The position numbers and the translations under genes were made by a program. From NCBI RefSeq assembly GCF_000006765.1, contig NC_002516.2: DNA of 64,000 nucleotides; one strand, 5' to 3'. The notes beneath the pieces were generated by a model. That model was given only the letters and a program-made list of their open reading frames with translations. It was not told the origin of the DNA and ran no database searches. The stretch comes from Pseudomonas aeruginosa PAO1 (lineage in GTDB: Bacteria; Pseudomonadota; Gammaproteobacteria; Pseudomonadales; Pseudomonadaceae). Positions 21,284 to 31,654 of the stretch are shown in pieces (position 1 is the stretch's first letter; each line of letters begins with the position of its first letter).

Positions 21284-22645
21284 TCACTCGAAGAGGGCGT
21301 CCAGGGCCTGCTCGAGGCGCGTCACGGCGATCACCTGCAATCCCGCCGGCGCCTCCTTCGGCGCGTTGCCGAGGGGTACGATGGCACGCTTGAAACCATG
21401 CTTGCCGGCTTCCTTCAGGCGCTCCTGGCCGCTCGGCACCGGACGCACCTCGCCGGACAGCCCGACCTCGCCGAACACCAGCAGGTCGTGCGGCAGCGGG
21501 CGGTTGCGCAGGCTGGACATCACCGCCGCCATCAACGCCAGGTCGGAGGCGGTTTCCAGCACCTTGACCCCACCCACCACGTTGAGGAACACGTCCTGGT
21601 CGTAGGTCGGGATACCGCCGTGCCGGTGCAGCACCGCCAGCAGCATCGCCAGGCGGTTCTGGTCGAGGCCCAGGGTCACCCGCCGCGGATTCGCCAGGTG
21701 ACTGGTGTCGACCAGCGCCTGGACCTCCACCAGCATCGGCCGCGAGCCTTCCCAGGTGGCCATCACCACGCTGCCGGGCACCGCTTCCTGGGCCCGCGTG
21801 AGGAAGATCGCCGAAGGGTTGCTCACTTCCTTCAGGCCTTTGTCGGTCATGCCGAACACTCCCAGTTCGTTGACCGCGCCGAAGCGGTTCTTCACCGCCC
21901 GCAGCAGGCGCAGGCGGCCGTCTGATTCGCCCTCGAAATACAGTACGGTGTCGACCATGTGTTCGAGCACCCGCGGGCCGGCCAGGGCGCCTTCCTTGGT
22001 CACGTGGCCGACCAGGAAGATCGCCGTGCCGCTCTGCTTGGCATAGCGCACCAGCATCGCGGCGCTCTCGCGGACCTGGGCGACGCCACCCGGCGCCGAT
22101 TGCAACTGCTCGGTGAAGATGGTCTGGATCGAGTCGATCACCATCACCCGCGGCTGCTCCTGGCGCGCGGTGGCGATGATGGTTTCGATGCTGGTCTCGG
22201 TCATCACCTTGAGCTTGTCTTCCGGCAACGACAGGCGCCGCGCGCGCATCGCCACCTGCTGCTGGGATTCCTCGCCGGTGACGTACAGCGCCGGGACGCG
22301 GCTGGCCAGGTTGCAAAGGGTCTGCAGGAGAATGGTCGACTTGCCGATGCCGGGATCGCCGCCGATCAGCACCACCGAACCGTCCACCAGGCCGCCGCCG
22401 AGAACCCGGTCCAGTTCGGTGGAGCCGGTCGTGAAGCGCGGCATTTCCTCGACGCTGACCTCCGCCAGGGTCTTCAGGTTGGCCTGCTGGCCGGCCCAGC
22501 CGCCGCGGCCGGAGCCGCTCGGCGCGGCCTCGACGACGGTCTCCACCAGGGTGTTCCAGGCCCCGCAGTCCGCGCACTGGCCGGCCCATTTCGGGAAGGT
22601 CGCGCCACACTCGGTGCAGCCGTACATGCGCTTGGCCTTGGCCAT
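21284..22645 (-). CDS. radA: DNA repair protein RadA/Sms
   Basis: C4 zinc finger (CTEC, CADC), GDPGIGKST, VKNRFG, Lon-like C-terminus. Confidence 0.96.
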   Translation of the reverse strand: MAKAKRMYGCTECGATFPKWAGQCADCGAWNTLVETVVEAAPSGSGRGGWAGQQANLKTLAEVSVEEMPRFTTGSTELDRVLGGGLVDGSVVLIGGDPGIGKSTILLQTLCNLASRVPALYVTGEESQQQVAMRARRLSLPEDKLKVMTETSIETIIATARQEQPRVMVIDSIQTIFTEQLQSAPGGVAQVRESAAMLVRYAKQSGTAIFLVGHVTKEGALAGPRVLEHMVDTVLYFEGESDGRLRLLRAVKNRFGAVNELGVFGMTDKGLKEVSNPSAIFLTRAQEAVPGSVVMATWEGSRPMLVEVQALVDTSHLANPRRVTLGLDQNRLAMLLAVLHRHGGIPTYDQDVFLNVVGGVKVLETASDLALMAAVMSSLRNRPLPHDLLVFGEVGLSGEVRPVPSGQERLKEAGKHGFKRAIVPLGNAPKEAPAGLQVIAVTRLEQALDALFE

Positions 22646-22754
22646 GGGAACTCCTCTCGCGGGCAAAGCGCAGATGATAGCCGCTGGCTTGATTCCGATC
22701 AGCCTCGATCGACCGCGCTTCGCGCGACACTGATGGCCGGACAAGGAGACTTCC

Positions 22755-23189
22755 ATGCGCACACTGCTGTTCCTGCACCTGCTGGGTGCCGCGATCTGGG
22801 TCGGCGGCCACCTGGTCCTGGCCCTCGGCATCCTCCCCGGCGCCCTGCGCCGCCGCGATCCCCAGGCGATCCGCGCCTTCGAGCAGGTCTACGAGCGGAT
22901 CGGCATCCCCGCCCTGCTGCTGCAGGTGGTCAGCGGCCTGTGGCTGGCCAGCCTGTGGCTGCCGTTCGACCACTGGTTCGGCGCCACGCCGGTGGCCCGT
23001 GCCCTGCAGCTCAAGCTGCTGCTCCTGGCGGCGACCGCCGCCCTGGGCGTGCATGCGCGCCTGCGCCTGATCCCGAACCTGGACGCCGAGAGCCTGCCGA
23101 AGCTGGGCTGGCACATCGCCGCGATCACCCTGGTGGGCCTGGGTTTCGTCGCGGTCGGACAGAGTTTCCGTTTCGGCGGCGCCTTCTGA
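22755..23189 (+). CDS. CopD-family membrane protein
   Basis: LHLLGAAIWVGG motif, about four TM segments, SD AGGAG. Confidence 0.75.
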   Translation: MRTLLFLHLLGAAIWVGGHLVLALGILPGALRRRDPQAIRAFEQVYERIGIPALLLQVVSGLWLASLWLPFDHWFGATPVARALQLKLLLLAATAALGVHARLRLIPNLDAESLPKLGWHIAAITLVGLGFVAVGQSFRFGGAF

Positions 23190-23199
23190 GCATGCCCAC

Positions 23200-23232
23200 A
23201 TGAAAAAGGGCGCCGGAGGCGCCCTTTTTCAT
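23200..23232. terminator. Bidirectional intrinsic terminator
   Basis: Perfect ATGAAAAAGGGCGCC-GGA-GGCGCCCTTTTTCAT between convergent genes. Confidence 0.9.
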
Positions 23233-23250
23233 GCCGTTGTCGTGAATGAA

Positions 23251-23505
23251 TCAATGGCCTTTTCCGTTGGCCTTCCTCAGCCTCTCGGCGATTTCGTCCT
23301 TGAGTTGCACCCGTTGCTGCTTCAACCCCTGCAGCGCCAGGTCGTCGAGGGGTTCGCGACCGCCCTCGACCTCATAGATGCGCTTGTCGAGGCTCTCATA
23401 GTCCGCCGCCAGGCGAGTGAAGTGGGCGTCGTTGCCATGAAGTTGCTTCAGTTCGGCATGAAAATCCGGAAACTCCCGGGAAAGCGGATGTTGCTCGAGC
23501 GGCAT
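23251..23505 (-). CDS. YdcH/DUF465 small coiled-coil protein
   Basis: MPLEQHPLSREFP...HFTRLAADYESLDKRIYEVE...LKQQRVQLKDEI; SD GAGGAGG. Confidence 0.85.
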   Translation of the reverse strand: MPLEQHPLSREFPDFHAELKQLHGNDAHFTRLAADYESLDKRIYEVEGGREPLDDLALQGLKQQRVQLKDEIAERLRKANGKGH

Positions 23506-23579
23506 GACGGACCTCCTCTGACGTTGTATACGACACCTCCAGACTAGCCCAGCAGGCCTCCTCCGAACATTGCCCCCGA

Positions 23580-24131
23580 TCACCTCGCCGCCGCAGTGCC
23601 GTTCAGTTCGCCGCGTCGCAGGCTTTCCACGCTGTTGCCCAACGCATCGCGGGCGCCAAGGTCGGCACCGCGCGCCGACAGCGCCTGGAGCAGCTCCTCG
23701 CGCTTGAACAGCGCCGCGTACATGGCCGCGGTCTGCCCTGCGCCGTTGCGCTGGTCGGGGCTGCATTGCGCGCCGATCAGGCGCCGGGCGATGCGGACCT
23801 CGCCCTTGAAGATGGCGCCCATCAGGGCGGTGTTGCCGCGCGCATCCTGGACGCAGGGGTCGGCACCGGCCTCCAGCAATTGTTCCACCGCTCCGCCATG
23901 GCCGTGGTAGGCGGCCAGGATCAGCGCGGTATAGCCCTTGGCATCCTGCACATCGAGGTCGAAGCCGGCCTCGACGAACTCCTTCAGCATGGCCTGGTCA
24001 CCGCGTCGGGCGGCATCGAAGAAGTAGTCGCGTAACCGCGCTTCGACCTCGACCCCATGCACCTCGCCAGCTTGCGCGGCCAGCGCCGCGAGCAGCAAGC
24101 CTGCCAGAATCCAACCTCGCATCGTCGTCAT
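23580..24131 (-). CDS. ankB: Periplasmic ankyrin-repeat protein AnkB
   Basis: Signal peptide and ankyrin repeats (GYTALILAAYHG, GNTALMGAIFKG, GQTAAMYAALF); directly downstream of katB. Confidence 0.92.
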   Translation of the reverse strand: MTTMRGWILAGLLLAALAAQAGEVHGVEVEARLRDYFFDAARRGDQAMLKEFVEAGFDLDVQDAKGYTALILAAYHGHGGAVEQLLEAGADPCVQDARGNTALMGAIFKGEVRIARRLIGAQCSPDQRNGAGQTAAMYAALFKREELLQALSARGADLGARDALGNSVESLRRGELNGTAAAR

Positions 24132-24184
24132 CTCCCGCCAAACCGATAGAGGAAGGGCGGCCTGGATGGCCGCCCCGGTTGCGA

Positions 24185-25726
24185 TCAATCCTGGAGCTTC
24201 GCCGCCAGTTGCCGGACGCGCTGCAGATCGGCCCCGGCCACCTTGGCCAGGCCCGTGCCGTAGTCGCTGTCAGCCTTGTAGAAGTAGGAAAGCATGATGT
24301 ACTTGCTCTCGTCGTCGGTGATCGCCAACGCCCCGCCGAGACTGGCGATCAGGTCGGCCTGGTCCTTCTTGCCGTAGGAGCGGAACAGCTCGCCGGTCTG
24401 CTTGAAGTTCTGCTCGCGCTGGATCTTCGCCTGCTGGGTGGTGCCGCTCAGCGGGGTCCGCACGTAGCGGGCGCTGGCCTGCTCCTCGCGCGGATCGAGC
24501 CGGCTCGGCTGGTAGTTCACCCCGCTGGTACTGTGTCCGGCGTTCAGCGCGCCGTCCTGGTTGACGGTATTGACCTCGCTGCGCGGGCGGTTGACCGGCA
24601 GGCCCAGGCCGTTGGCGCCGACCCGGTACATCTGGGTATCGGCGTAGGCGAACAGCCGTCCCTGGAGCAGGCGATCCTCGGAGGGCTCGATGCCCGGCAC
24701 CAGGTTCGACGGCGCCATGGCGACCTGTTCGGTTTCCTGGAAGAAGTTGTCGACGTTGCGGTTCAGCACCATCTGGCCGATCTTGCGCTCGGGAATACCC
24801 GGCCAGATCTTGGTCGCGTCCAGCGGGTCGAAGTCGAATTTCGCCAGGTCCTCGGGCTTGAGCACCTGGATGTACAGGTCCCATTTCGGGAAGTCGCCCT
24901 TCCGGATCGCGCTCACCAGGTCATTGGTCATGTGGCTGTAGTCGCGCCCCTGGACTTCAGCCACCTGTTTCGGATCGAGGTTCTTCTGGCCCTGCAGGCT
25001 CTTCCAGTGGAACTTCACGTAGTGCACTTCGCCCCTGGCGTTGACCAGCTTGTAGGCATGCACGCTGTTGCCGTCCATTTCCCGGTAGCTGGCCGGGGTG
25101 CCCTCGTTGGAATACAGCAGGGTCAGGGTGCGGGTCGCCTCCGGCACGTGGGAGAAGAAATCGAAGCGTCGCGAGTCGTCGTCGAGGTTGCTGCGCGGGT
25201 CCGGCTTGAAGGCATGGACCATATCCGGGAACTTGATCGCATCGCGGATGAAGAAGGTCGGGAAGTTGTTGCCCACCAGGTCCCAATTGCCGTCTGCGGT
25301 ATAGAACTTGGTGGCGAAACCGCGCGGATCGCGCAGGGTTTCCGGGGAGTGGTTGCCGTGCACCACAGCGGAGAAGCGCACGAATACCGGGGTCTTCTCG
25401 CCCTTGCGGAAGACCTTGGCCATGCTCAGGTCGCTGATATCGGCGCTGGCGACGAACTCGCCATGGGCGCCGGTGCCGCGGGCATGCACCACGCGTTCGG
25501 GAATGCGCTCGCGGTCGAAACGTTGCAACTTCTGCAGCAGTTGCACGTCCTGCAGCAGCACCGAACCGTTGGGCCCGGCGGTCTGCGAGTTCTGGTTGTC
25601 GCCCACTGGCGCACCGTTGTCACGGGTCAGGGTCGCGGCCTGCACGGACAGCGACAGGAGGCTGGCGGTCAGGCTTGCCGCCACCAGCAGGCGGCCGGGA
25701 CGGAAGGCGTTCAGGGAAGGGTTCAT
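24185..25726 (-). CDS. katB: Catalase KatB
   Basis: Signal peptide, FDRERIPERVVHARG, RLFAYADT heme-ligand motif. Confidence 0.96.
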   Translation of the reverse strand: MNPSLNAFRPGRLLVAASLTASLLSLSVQAATLTRDNGAPVGDNQNSQTAGPNGSVLLQDVQLLQKLQRFDRERIPERVVHARGTGAHGEFVASADISDLSMAKVFRKGEKTPVFVRFSAVVHGNHSPETLRDPRGFATKFYTADGNWDLVGNNFPTFFIRDAIKFPDMVHAFKPDPRSNLDDDSRRFDFFSHVPEATRTLTLLYSNEGTPASYREMDGNSVHAYKLVNARGEVHYVKFHWKSLQGQKNLDPKQVAEVQGRDYSHMTNDLVSAIRKGDFPKWDLYIQVLKPEDLAKFDFDPLDATKIWPGIPERKIGQMVLNRNVDNFFQETEQVAMAPSNLVPGIEPSEDRLLQGRLFAYADTQMYRVGANGLGLPVNRPRSEVNTVNQDGALNAGHSTSGVNYQPSRLDPREEQASARYVRTPLSGTTQQAKIQREQNFKQTGELFRSYGKKDQADLIASLGGALAITDDESKYIMLSYFYKADSDYGTGLAKVAGADLQRVRQLAAKLQD

Positions 25727-25800
25727 GGAAGAGCTCCTAATGGCTTGTCAGGCGTCTTGTTGCGCCCGACCAAGGTAAGGAGCGCCGCCGGCGACGCTAA

Positions 25801-25837
25801 ATTGAAAAACCTCACCGCGCCGATTAGGAATATCAAT
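25801..25837. promoter_or_regulatory. Possible OxyR binding site upstream of katB
   Basis: ATTG-N7-TCAC-N7-ATTA-N7-CAAT approximates the OxyR ATAG-N7-CTAT-N7-ATAG-N7-CTAT pattern; katB is a known OxyR target. Confidence 0.45.
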
Positions 25838-26252
25838 GCGCCCATGAATCGTAAAAAGAAATAAAAAAGACCGCCAGCCGAAGAAAGCCCGTGCTGATGC
25901 ACCAGGCACTCCCAGTCCGCTCGCCGGTAAACGAGTTCACCTTCTTATTTGCCTGCGAAGTTAGGTCGGAGAACCTCGCCACTCCAACTTCAACTTCCGG
26001 CATCTGCATGGCGCAGTTCCAAGTTGCCGAAGTTGCTTTGTCTTCTTTCTTGGCGAATTCCTGAAAATCGACATGAGTGTAATGTTTTTCCTCTAAACTT
26101 CGTTTCTCCCCACAAGACCCGACGCAAACGTATGCCTTGCGAATTTTCGCGTTGCCGGGGGGAACCAAAACACCAATCTTCCAGCCTGAGCAACTTGCCG
26201 AAGGCTGCATTAGACTGCCTTTACCTATTAGCGAAATACAGGGAGTGAACCC

Positions 26253-26666
26253 ATGGGTCTTCTGAGTGAATTCAAAGCCTTTGCCGTCAAGGGCAATGTC
26301 GTGGATATGGCTGTCGGTATCATCATCGGCGCGGCCTTCGGCAAGATCGTCTCGTCCTTCGTGGGCGATGTGATCATGCCGCCGATCGGACTGCTGATCG
26401 GCGGAGTCGACTTCTCCGACCTGGCGATAACGTTGAAGGCCGCCGAAGGCGACGTGCCGGCGGTGGTGCTGGCCTATGGCAAGTTCATTCAGACCGTACT
26501 CGACTTCGTCATCGTGGCCTTCGCCATCTTCATGGGGGTCAAGGCGATCAACCGCCTCAAGCGCGAAGAAGCCGTCGCGCCGTCCGAACCGCCAGTGCCG
26601 AGTGCCGAGGAAACCCTGCTGACCGAGATCCGCGACCTGCTGAAAGCCCAGCAGAACAAGTCGTGA
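26253..26666 (+). CDS. mscL: Large-conductance mechanosensitive channel
   Basis: [31 protein letters not shown]-terminal LLTEIRDLL. Confidence 0.97.
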
Positions 26667-26680
26667 TCGCGTCGGCGGAA

Positions 26681-26716
26681 CAATGAAAAAGGGCCCGAAC
26701 GGGCCCTTTTTCATTG
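26681..26716. terminator. Bidirectional terminator between mscL and fprB
   Basis: Perfect CAATGAAAAAGGGCCC-GAAC-GGGCCCTTTTTCATTG. Confidence 0.9.
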
Positions 26717-26770
26717 CCGGACAACAGGCCGGGCGGCGGCGCTATCCGCCGCTACTGCGCGGGCATGCAC

Positions 26771-27547
26771 CTACCAGTAGTTCTCCACCGCCACCTGCCC
26801 CGGGCGCCGGGTCAGACTGAGGTTCATGCCGCGAGCCTTCAGCACGGCGCGGGTGTCCTCGATCATCTGCGGGTTGCCGCAGAGCATCACCCGCGAATGC
26901 TCCGGGGTCAGTTCCAGGTCGGCGGCACGCTCCAGATCGCCGTTCTCGATCAACGTGGTGATACGTCCGTTCAGGCAACCGGGTACCTGCTCGCGGGTCA
27001 CCACCGGGATGAACTGCAGCTTGTGGGCATGCTCGGCCAGGTATTCGCGCTCGGCGAGGCCGGCGATCAGCTCGCGGTAGGCCAGCTCCTTGCTCTCGCG
27101 CACGCTGTAGACCAGCTTGATGCTTTCGAAGCGCTCCCAGACCTCGAAGTCCTGCAGGATCGAGACGAACGGCGCCACACCGGTACCGGTGGCCAGCAGC
27201 CAAAGGTCACGACCATCCACGAAGCGGTCGAGGGTGAGGAAGCCGAAGGCCTGGCGATCGACCAGCAACTGGTCGCCCTCGCGCAGGCGGCTGAGTTCGC
27301 TGGTGAACTCGCCGTCCGGGACGACGATGGAAAAGAAGTCGAGGAATTCGTCATGAGGCGCCGAAACCATCGAGTAGGCGCGCCAGACGATGCTGCCGCT
27401 GGGCTTGTACACGCCGAGCCGGGCGAATTGCCCGGCGCGGAACCGGAATCCCGCGTCGCGGCTGGTACGCAGGGTGAACAGGTTGGGAGTCAGAGGCTGC
27501 ACGTCGAGCAGCGTCTGGCGGGTGAATTTCTCTTCGCTGGCGGTCAT
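26771..27547 (-). CDS. fprB: Ferredoxin(flavodoxin)-NADP+ reductase
   Basis: RAYS FAD motif, ATGTGVAPF, MLCGNPQMI, C-terminal ENYW; start MTASEEKF. Confidence 0.9.
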   Translation of the reverse strand: MTASEEKFTRQTLLDVQPLTPNLFTLRTSRDAGFRFRAGQFARLGVYKPSGSIVWRAYSMVSAPHDEFLDFFSIVVPDGEFTSELSRLREGDQLLVDRQAFGFLTLDRFVDGRDLWLLATGTGVAPFVSILQDFEVWERFESIKLVYSVRESKELAYRELIAGLAEREYLAEHAHKLQFIPVVTREQVPGCLNGRITTLIENGDLERAADLELTPEHSRVMLCGNPQMIEDTRAVLKARGMNLSLTRRPGQVAVENYW

Positions 27548-27653
27548 GGTCCGCTCCGGATACCGATACTCCCCTAGTGTCCCGCAAAGCACCCGGCAGA
27601 AACACCCGCAAGGCTTGTGGCTATCCCCGCTGACGGGGATAGCCAGCGGCCGA

Positions 27654-28652
27654 TCAGCGCTTGCGGTTGACCACCTGGGCCGCACGCAGCACGTCGCTGC
27701 CGATCTGCGCCTCGTAGTTCTTCCACAGCGGCTTCATGGCGTTGCGCCAGGCCTCGTGCTCTTCCGCGCTGAGGCTGACCAGACGGCTCTTGCCGGCGGC
27801 CAGCAGGTGCTCGCGCTCCTTCTGGTTGAGCGCTTCGGCTTCCTTGTTCACCACCAGGGTGACCTCGTCGACGATGCTCTCCAGTTCGGTGCGGGTTTGG
27901 TAGGGAATGCCGGTCCAGAACGCCGAACTGGTGATCAGCATGTAGCTGAGCGCGCCGTGATTGGTCTCGGTGATGTACGGCTGCACGCTGTCGATCTTCT
28001 GTCCGGCGAGGTTCGACCAGGTGTTCTCGGTGCCCTGCACGCTGCCGGCCTGCATGGCCTTGAGGGTCTCGGCGTAGGACAACTGCTTGGCGGTGGCGCC
28101 GAGCATGGCGAACTGCGCTTCCAGCACCGACGACGGCTGGATACGGAAGACCAGGCCCTTGGCATCGTCCGGCCGGTGCAGCTCGCGAGTGGCGGAAAGC
28201 TGCTTCATGCCGTTGTTCCAGTAGGCCAGGCCATAGATACCGTGCTTGGCCATGGAGCGCAGCAGTTCGCGGCTCTTGTCGCGCTTCTGGAAACGCTTCA
28301 GGGCCTCCAGGTCATCGAACAGGAACGGCAGGTCGAACACCTGGAGTTGCTTGGTATAGGGCTCGAACTTGGACAGCGAGGTGGCCAGCATCTGCACCTT
28401 GTTGGCACGCAGGGCCTCGATCTCGTCGGCGTCGCCGAACAGCGTCGAGTTGGGGTAGACCTCGACCTTGACCTTGCCCGGCAGACGCTCCTCGGCAAGC
28501 TTCTTGAACAACAGCGCCCCCTTGCCCTTGGGCGTGTCGTCGGAGACCACATGGGAGAACTTGATCACGACCGGGCCGGCGTCCTCGGCATGGGCGACGG
28601 CGGAAACGGCGAACAGTGCGGCGAGCGCCACACCGACAAACGGCTTGAACAT
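27654..28652 (-). CDS. DctP-family TRAP solute-binding protein (orphan)
   Basis: Signal peptide, IKFSHVV...PKG, FDLPFLF, NGMKQL, FRIQPS, ENTWSN; no dctQ/M neighbours. Confidence 0.88.
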   Translation of the reverse strand: MFKPFVGVALAALFAVSAVAHAEDAGPVVIKFSHVVSDDTPKGKGALLFKKLAEERLPGKVKVEVYPNSTLFGDADEIEALRANKVQMLATSLSKFEPYTKQLQVFDLPFLFDDLEALKRFQKRDKSRELLRSMAKHGIYGLAYWNNGMKQLSATRELHRPDDAKGLVFRIQPSSVLEAQFAMLGATAKQLSYAETLKAMQAGSVQGTENTWSNLAGQKIDSVQPYITETNHGALSYMLITSSAFWTGIPYQTRTELESIVDEVTLVVNKEAEALNQKEREHLLAAGKSRLVSLSAEEHEAWRNAMKPLWKNYEAQIGSDVLRAAQVVNRKR

Positions 28653-28979
28653 CGATGTACCTGTGCGATGGCAACGACGAGCCCCGCGACGGCTCGCACG
28701 GGTCTCGTTCGGGAAACGGGTTGGGTGACGGTCACCGCTCGAAGTGGCGAAGGCGCCCGTCCAAGCGCTACCGGGTCATGACAGGCGCTATCGAAGCCCT
28801 AGCCCGGTTATTATTGGCGTGCCCGGCTGGATGACTCGTCGGTAAGGAAACGACTAACCAGAGCCGGGTAAAGAATTTTTCGGCATATCCGTGTGCCGCA
28901 CAAGCTGGAGAACTCCAACCAGCTCTCAGTTTCGACAGATTGTTAATTGACGAGCGGGATTCGCCCCGCCGGGAACCCG

Positions 28980-30104
28980 ATGCCTCTATTCGCCACCCCC
29001 TTCGCCCAGCTCGACCTGGTCCGCCAGCCCGAGCAGGACGGCGAGCCCCTCCAGGCGTTCGACGCCGCCGACGAATACCTGCTCAACCAGTTGCACGAAC
29101 GGGGCGTGACGGCGCAATGCCGGGTGCTGGTCCTCAACGACGCCTTCGGCGCCCTCGCCGCGAGCCTGGCGCCGCACGTCCAGGTCACCAGCAGCGGCGA
29201 TTCGCACCTGGGCTTCCTCGCCCTGCGCAAGAACCTCGCGCGCAACGGCCTCGACCTGGGTTCGGTGCGCTTCGTCCCGGCCAGCGAAACCGCCGTGGGG
29301 CCCTTCGATCACGTGCTGGTCAAGGTGCCGAAGACCCTCGCGTTGCTGGAGGAGCAACTGATCCGCCTGCACGGCCAACTGGCACCGGGCGCGCAGGTCG
29401 TCGCCGCGGGGATGGTCAAGCACTTGCCGCGCGCCGCCGGCGACCTGCTGGAACGCTACATCGGCCCGATGCACGCTTCGCTGGCGGTGAAGAAGGCCCG
29501 CCTGCTGATCGCCGAGGCAGCGGAGCGCCCGCAACCGCGCTCGCCCTATCCGACCCGCTATCGCCTGGAGCAGCCGCCGCTGACGCTGCTCAACCACGCC
29601 AACGTATTCTGCCGGGAGGGTCTCGACATCGGCACCCGCGCCTTCCTCCCGCACCTGCCACGCAGCCTCGGCGCGCTACGCGCCGCCGACCTGGGCTGCG
29701 GCAACGGGGTGCTCGGCATCGCCTACGCGCTGCTCAACCCGCAGGCCGAGCTGGCCCTGGTGGATGAGTCGTACATGGCCGTGCAGTCGGCGCGGGAAAA
29801 CTGGCGAGCGGCGCTGGGCGAGCGGCCGGCGACGTTCCGCGCCGACGATGGCCTGGCCGGCCAGGCGGCGGGCTCGCTGGACCTGGTCCTGTGCAACCCG
29901 CCGTTCCACCAGCAGCAGGTGGTCGGCGACTTCCTCGCCTGGCGCATGTTTCTCCAGGCTCGCGATGCCCTGGCGGCGGGCGGCGAACTGTGGATCGTCG
30001 GCAACCGCCACCTGGGCTACCACGCCAAGCTCAAGCGGCTGTTCCGCGGGGTCGAGCAGGTCGCGGCGAATCCGAAGTTCGTGATCCTGAAAGCGGGAAA
30101 ATAG
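28980..30104 (+). CDS. rlmG: 23S rRNA m2G1835 methyltransferase RlmG
   Basis: DAADEYLL, NDAFGAL, DLGCGNG, CNPPFH, VGNRHLGY. Confidence 0.9.
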   Translation: MPLFATPFAQLDLVRQPEQDGEPLQAFDAADEYLLNQLHERGVTAQCRVLVLNDAFGALAASLAPHVQVTSSGDSHLGFLALRKNLARNGLDLGSVRFVPASETAVGPFDHVLVKVPKTLALLEEQLIRLHGQLAPGAQVVAAGMVKHLPRAAGDLLERYIGPMHASLAVKKARLLIAEAAERPQPRSPYPTRYRLEQPPLTLLNHANVFCREGLDIGTRAFLPHLPRSLGALRAADLGCGNGVLGIAYALLNPQAELALVDESYMAVQSARENWRAALGERPATFRADDGLAGQAAGSLDLVLCNPPFHQQQVVGDFLAWRMFLQARDALAAGGELWIVGNRHLGYHAKLKRLFRGVEQVAANPKFVILKAGK

Positions 30105-30680
30105 TCAGCCGAGCGCCGCCGGGGTGTCCACGTCGCGGAGTACGCCCGGATCGTCGCACGGCACCTCGCACCAGGCCGGACGATGGGCCTGCAGCACACG
30201 GCGCGCGCCCTGGTCGCCGTCCAGTTGCGCAAGCGCGTCCCAGAAAGCGCGGCCGAACAGCACCGGATGGCCGCGCTGACCGTCGTACAGGGGAAACACG
30301 ATGGCTTCGGGAGTGGCCATCGCGGCCAGACGCTCGAGGGTATCGGCGGCGATCCAGGGCATGTCGCCGAGCAGGACGGCGATGGCCCGGGCCGTGCTGT
30401 TCCTCGCCGCCGCGACGCCGGCGGCCAGGCTGTGGCCCATGCCCAACGATGCATCGAGGCTGTGGACAAGCCGCTGCTGCGCCGGCAGGCCCAGGCTCGC
30501 CGGGGTGTCTCCGGCACGCACCACCACCCGCACCTCGGCGAACGCCTCGCGCGCCCGCGCCACGCTGGCCGCCAGCAGGGTCGTGCCATCAGCCAGGCGC
30601 GCCAGGCGCTTGTCGCTGCCGAAGCGGCGCCCCTGCCCGGCCGCCAGGACCAGGCACAGCACCTCGTCGGCGGCGACCAT
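30105..30680 (-). CDS. MocA/MobA-like nucleotidyltransferase (probable Moco cytidylyltransferase)
   Basis: LVLAAGQGRRFGSDK, LGDMP, GHPVLF, DVDTP; its ATG overlaps the xdhC-like stop (TGATG). Confidence 0.85.
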   Translation of the reverse strand: MVAADEVLCLVLAAGQGRRFGSDKRLARLADGTTLLAASVARAREAFAEVRVVVRAGDTPASLGLPAQQRLVHSLDASLGMGHSLAAGVAAARNSTARAIAVLLGDMPWIAADTLERLAAMATPEAIVFPLYDGQRGHPVLFGRAFWDALAQLDGDQGARRVLQAHRPAWCEVPCDDPGVLRDVDTPAALG

Positions 30681-31651
30681 CAGAGCCGCTCGCGGGGAAT
30701 GCCGTTGCGGATGCGAAGAATGTCCGCCAGCACCGCCAGGGCGATTTCCGCCGGCGTCTTGCTGCCGAGGTTGAGGCCGATCGGCGCGTGGATCCGCGCC
30801 AGTTCGGCATCGCCCAGGCCGCCGATGCGCCGCAGGCGCTCGAAGCGTTTCTCCGAGGTCGCCCGCGATCCCATCACGCCGATATAGAAGGCTTCGGTAC
30901 GCACCGCCTCGAGCATCGCCAGGTCGTCGATCTTCGGATCGTGGGTCAACGCCACCACCGCCGTATCGGCGTGGCAACCGCCGTCGGCGATGAACAGCGA
31001 GGGCAGCTCGCGACGGATCTCGATGCCCTCCAGCACCACGCCGCGCAAGGCTTCTTCGCGCGGGTCGCAGAGGATCACCTCGAAGCCCAGGCCCTTGCCG
31101 AACTCGGCGCAGGCATGGGCGACGCTGGAATAGCCGGCCAGCAGCAGGCGCTGGGCAGCGCCGACGCGCAAGCGCACGCACTCGCCGTCGCGTTCAGCCC
31201 GAGGGCCGTGGCTGGAATCGTCGCGCAGGCTGCGCGCGCCGCTGCCCAGCTCGACCTCGCGCAGCAGGCGGCGCTGACCAAGCAACGCCGACTCCAGCTC
31301 GCGCAGATGGGCCTGGACATCGCAGTCCGGCGCCAGGTTTTCCACCAGTACGTCGAGGATGCCGCCGCAGGGCAGGCGGATGTTCGAGTTCGGGTCGTCG
31401 CCCTCGCCGTAGCGCACGATCACCGCGGGATCGGGGAAACCGCCGGCGGCGACCCGCTCGAGGAAATCATCCTCGACGCAGCCGCCGGACAGCGAGCCGA
31501 TCCATTCACCGCTGGCGTTCACCGCCAGCAGCGATCCCGGCGCGCGGGGCGCCGAGCCGTAGGTCGTGAGCACGGTACAGAACCACACCCGTTCGCCGCC
31601 CACGGACCACTTCAGCGCCTTGCGGACCACCTGTAGATCGAGGTGTTGCAC
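30680..31651 (-). CDS. XdhC/CoxI-family Moco-insertion chaperone
   Basis: GSAPRAPGS, GSLSGGCVE, LPCGG, LTHDPKIDD, YIGVMGS, HAPIGLNLGSKTPAEIA; GTG start. Confidence 0.92.
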   Translation of the reverse strand: MQHLDLQVVRKALKWSVGGERVWFCTVLTTYGSAPRAPGSLLAVNASGEWIGSLSGGCVEDDFLERVAAGGFPDPAVIVRYGEGDDPNSNIRLPCGGILDVLVENLAPDCDVQAHLRELESALLGQRRLLREVELGSGARSLRDDSSHGPRAERDGECVRLRVGAAQRLLLAGYSSVAHACAEFGKGLGFEVILCDPREEALRGVVLEGIEIRRELPSLFIADGGCHADTAVVALTHDPKIDDLAMLEAVRTEAFYIGVMGSRATSEKRFERLRRIGGLGDAELARIHAPIGLNLGSKTPAEIALAVLADILRIRNGIPRERL

Positions 31652-31654
31652 GAT

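Noticed and set aside
28883-28898. Possible sigma54 promoter for the dctP-like gene (minus strand CGGCAC...ATGC)
   Set aside because: GG-to-GC spacing is 11 nt rather than the required 10.
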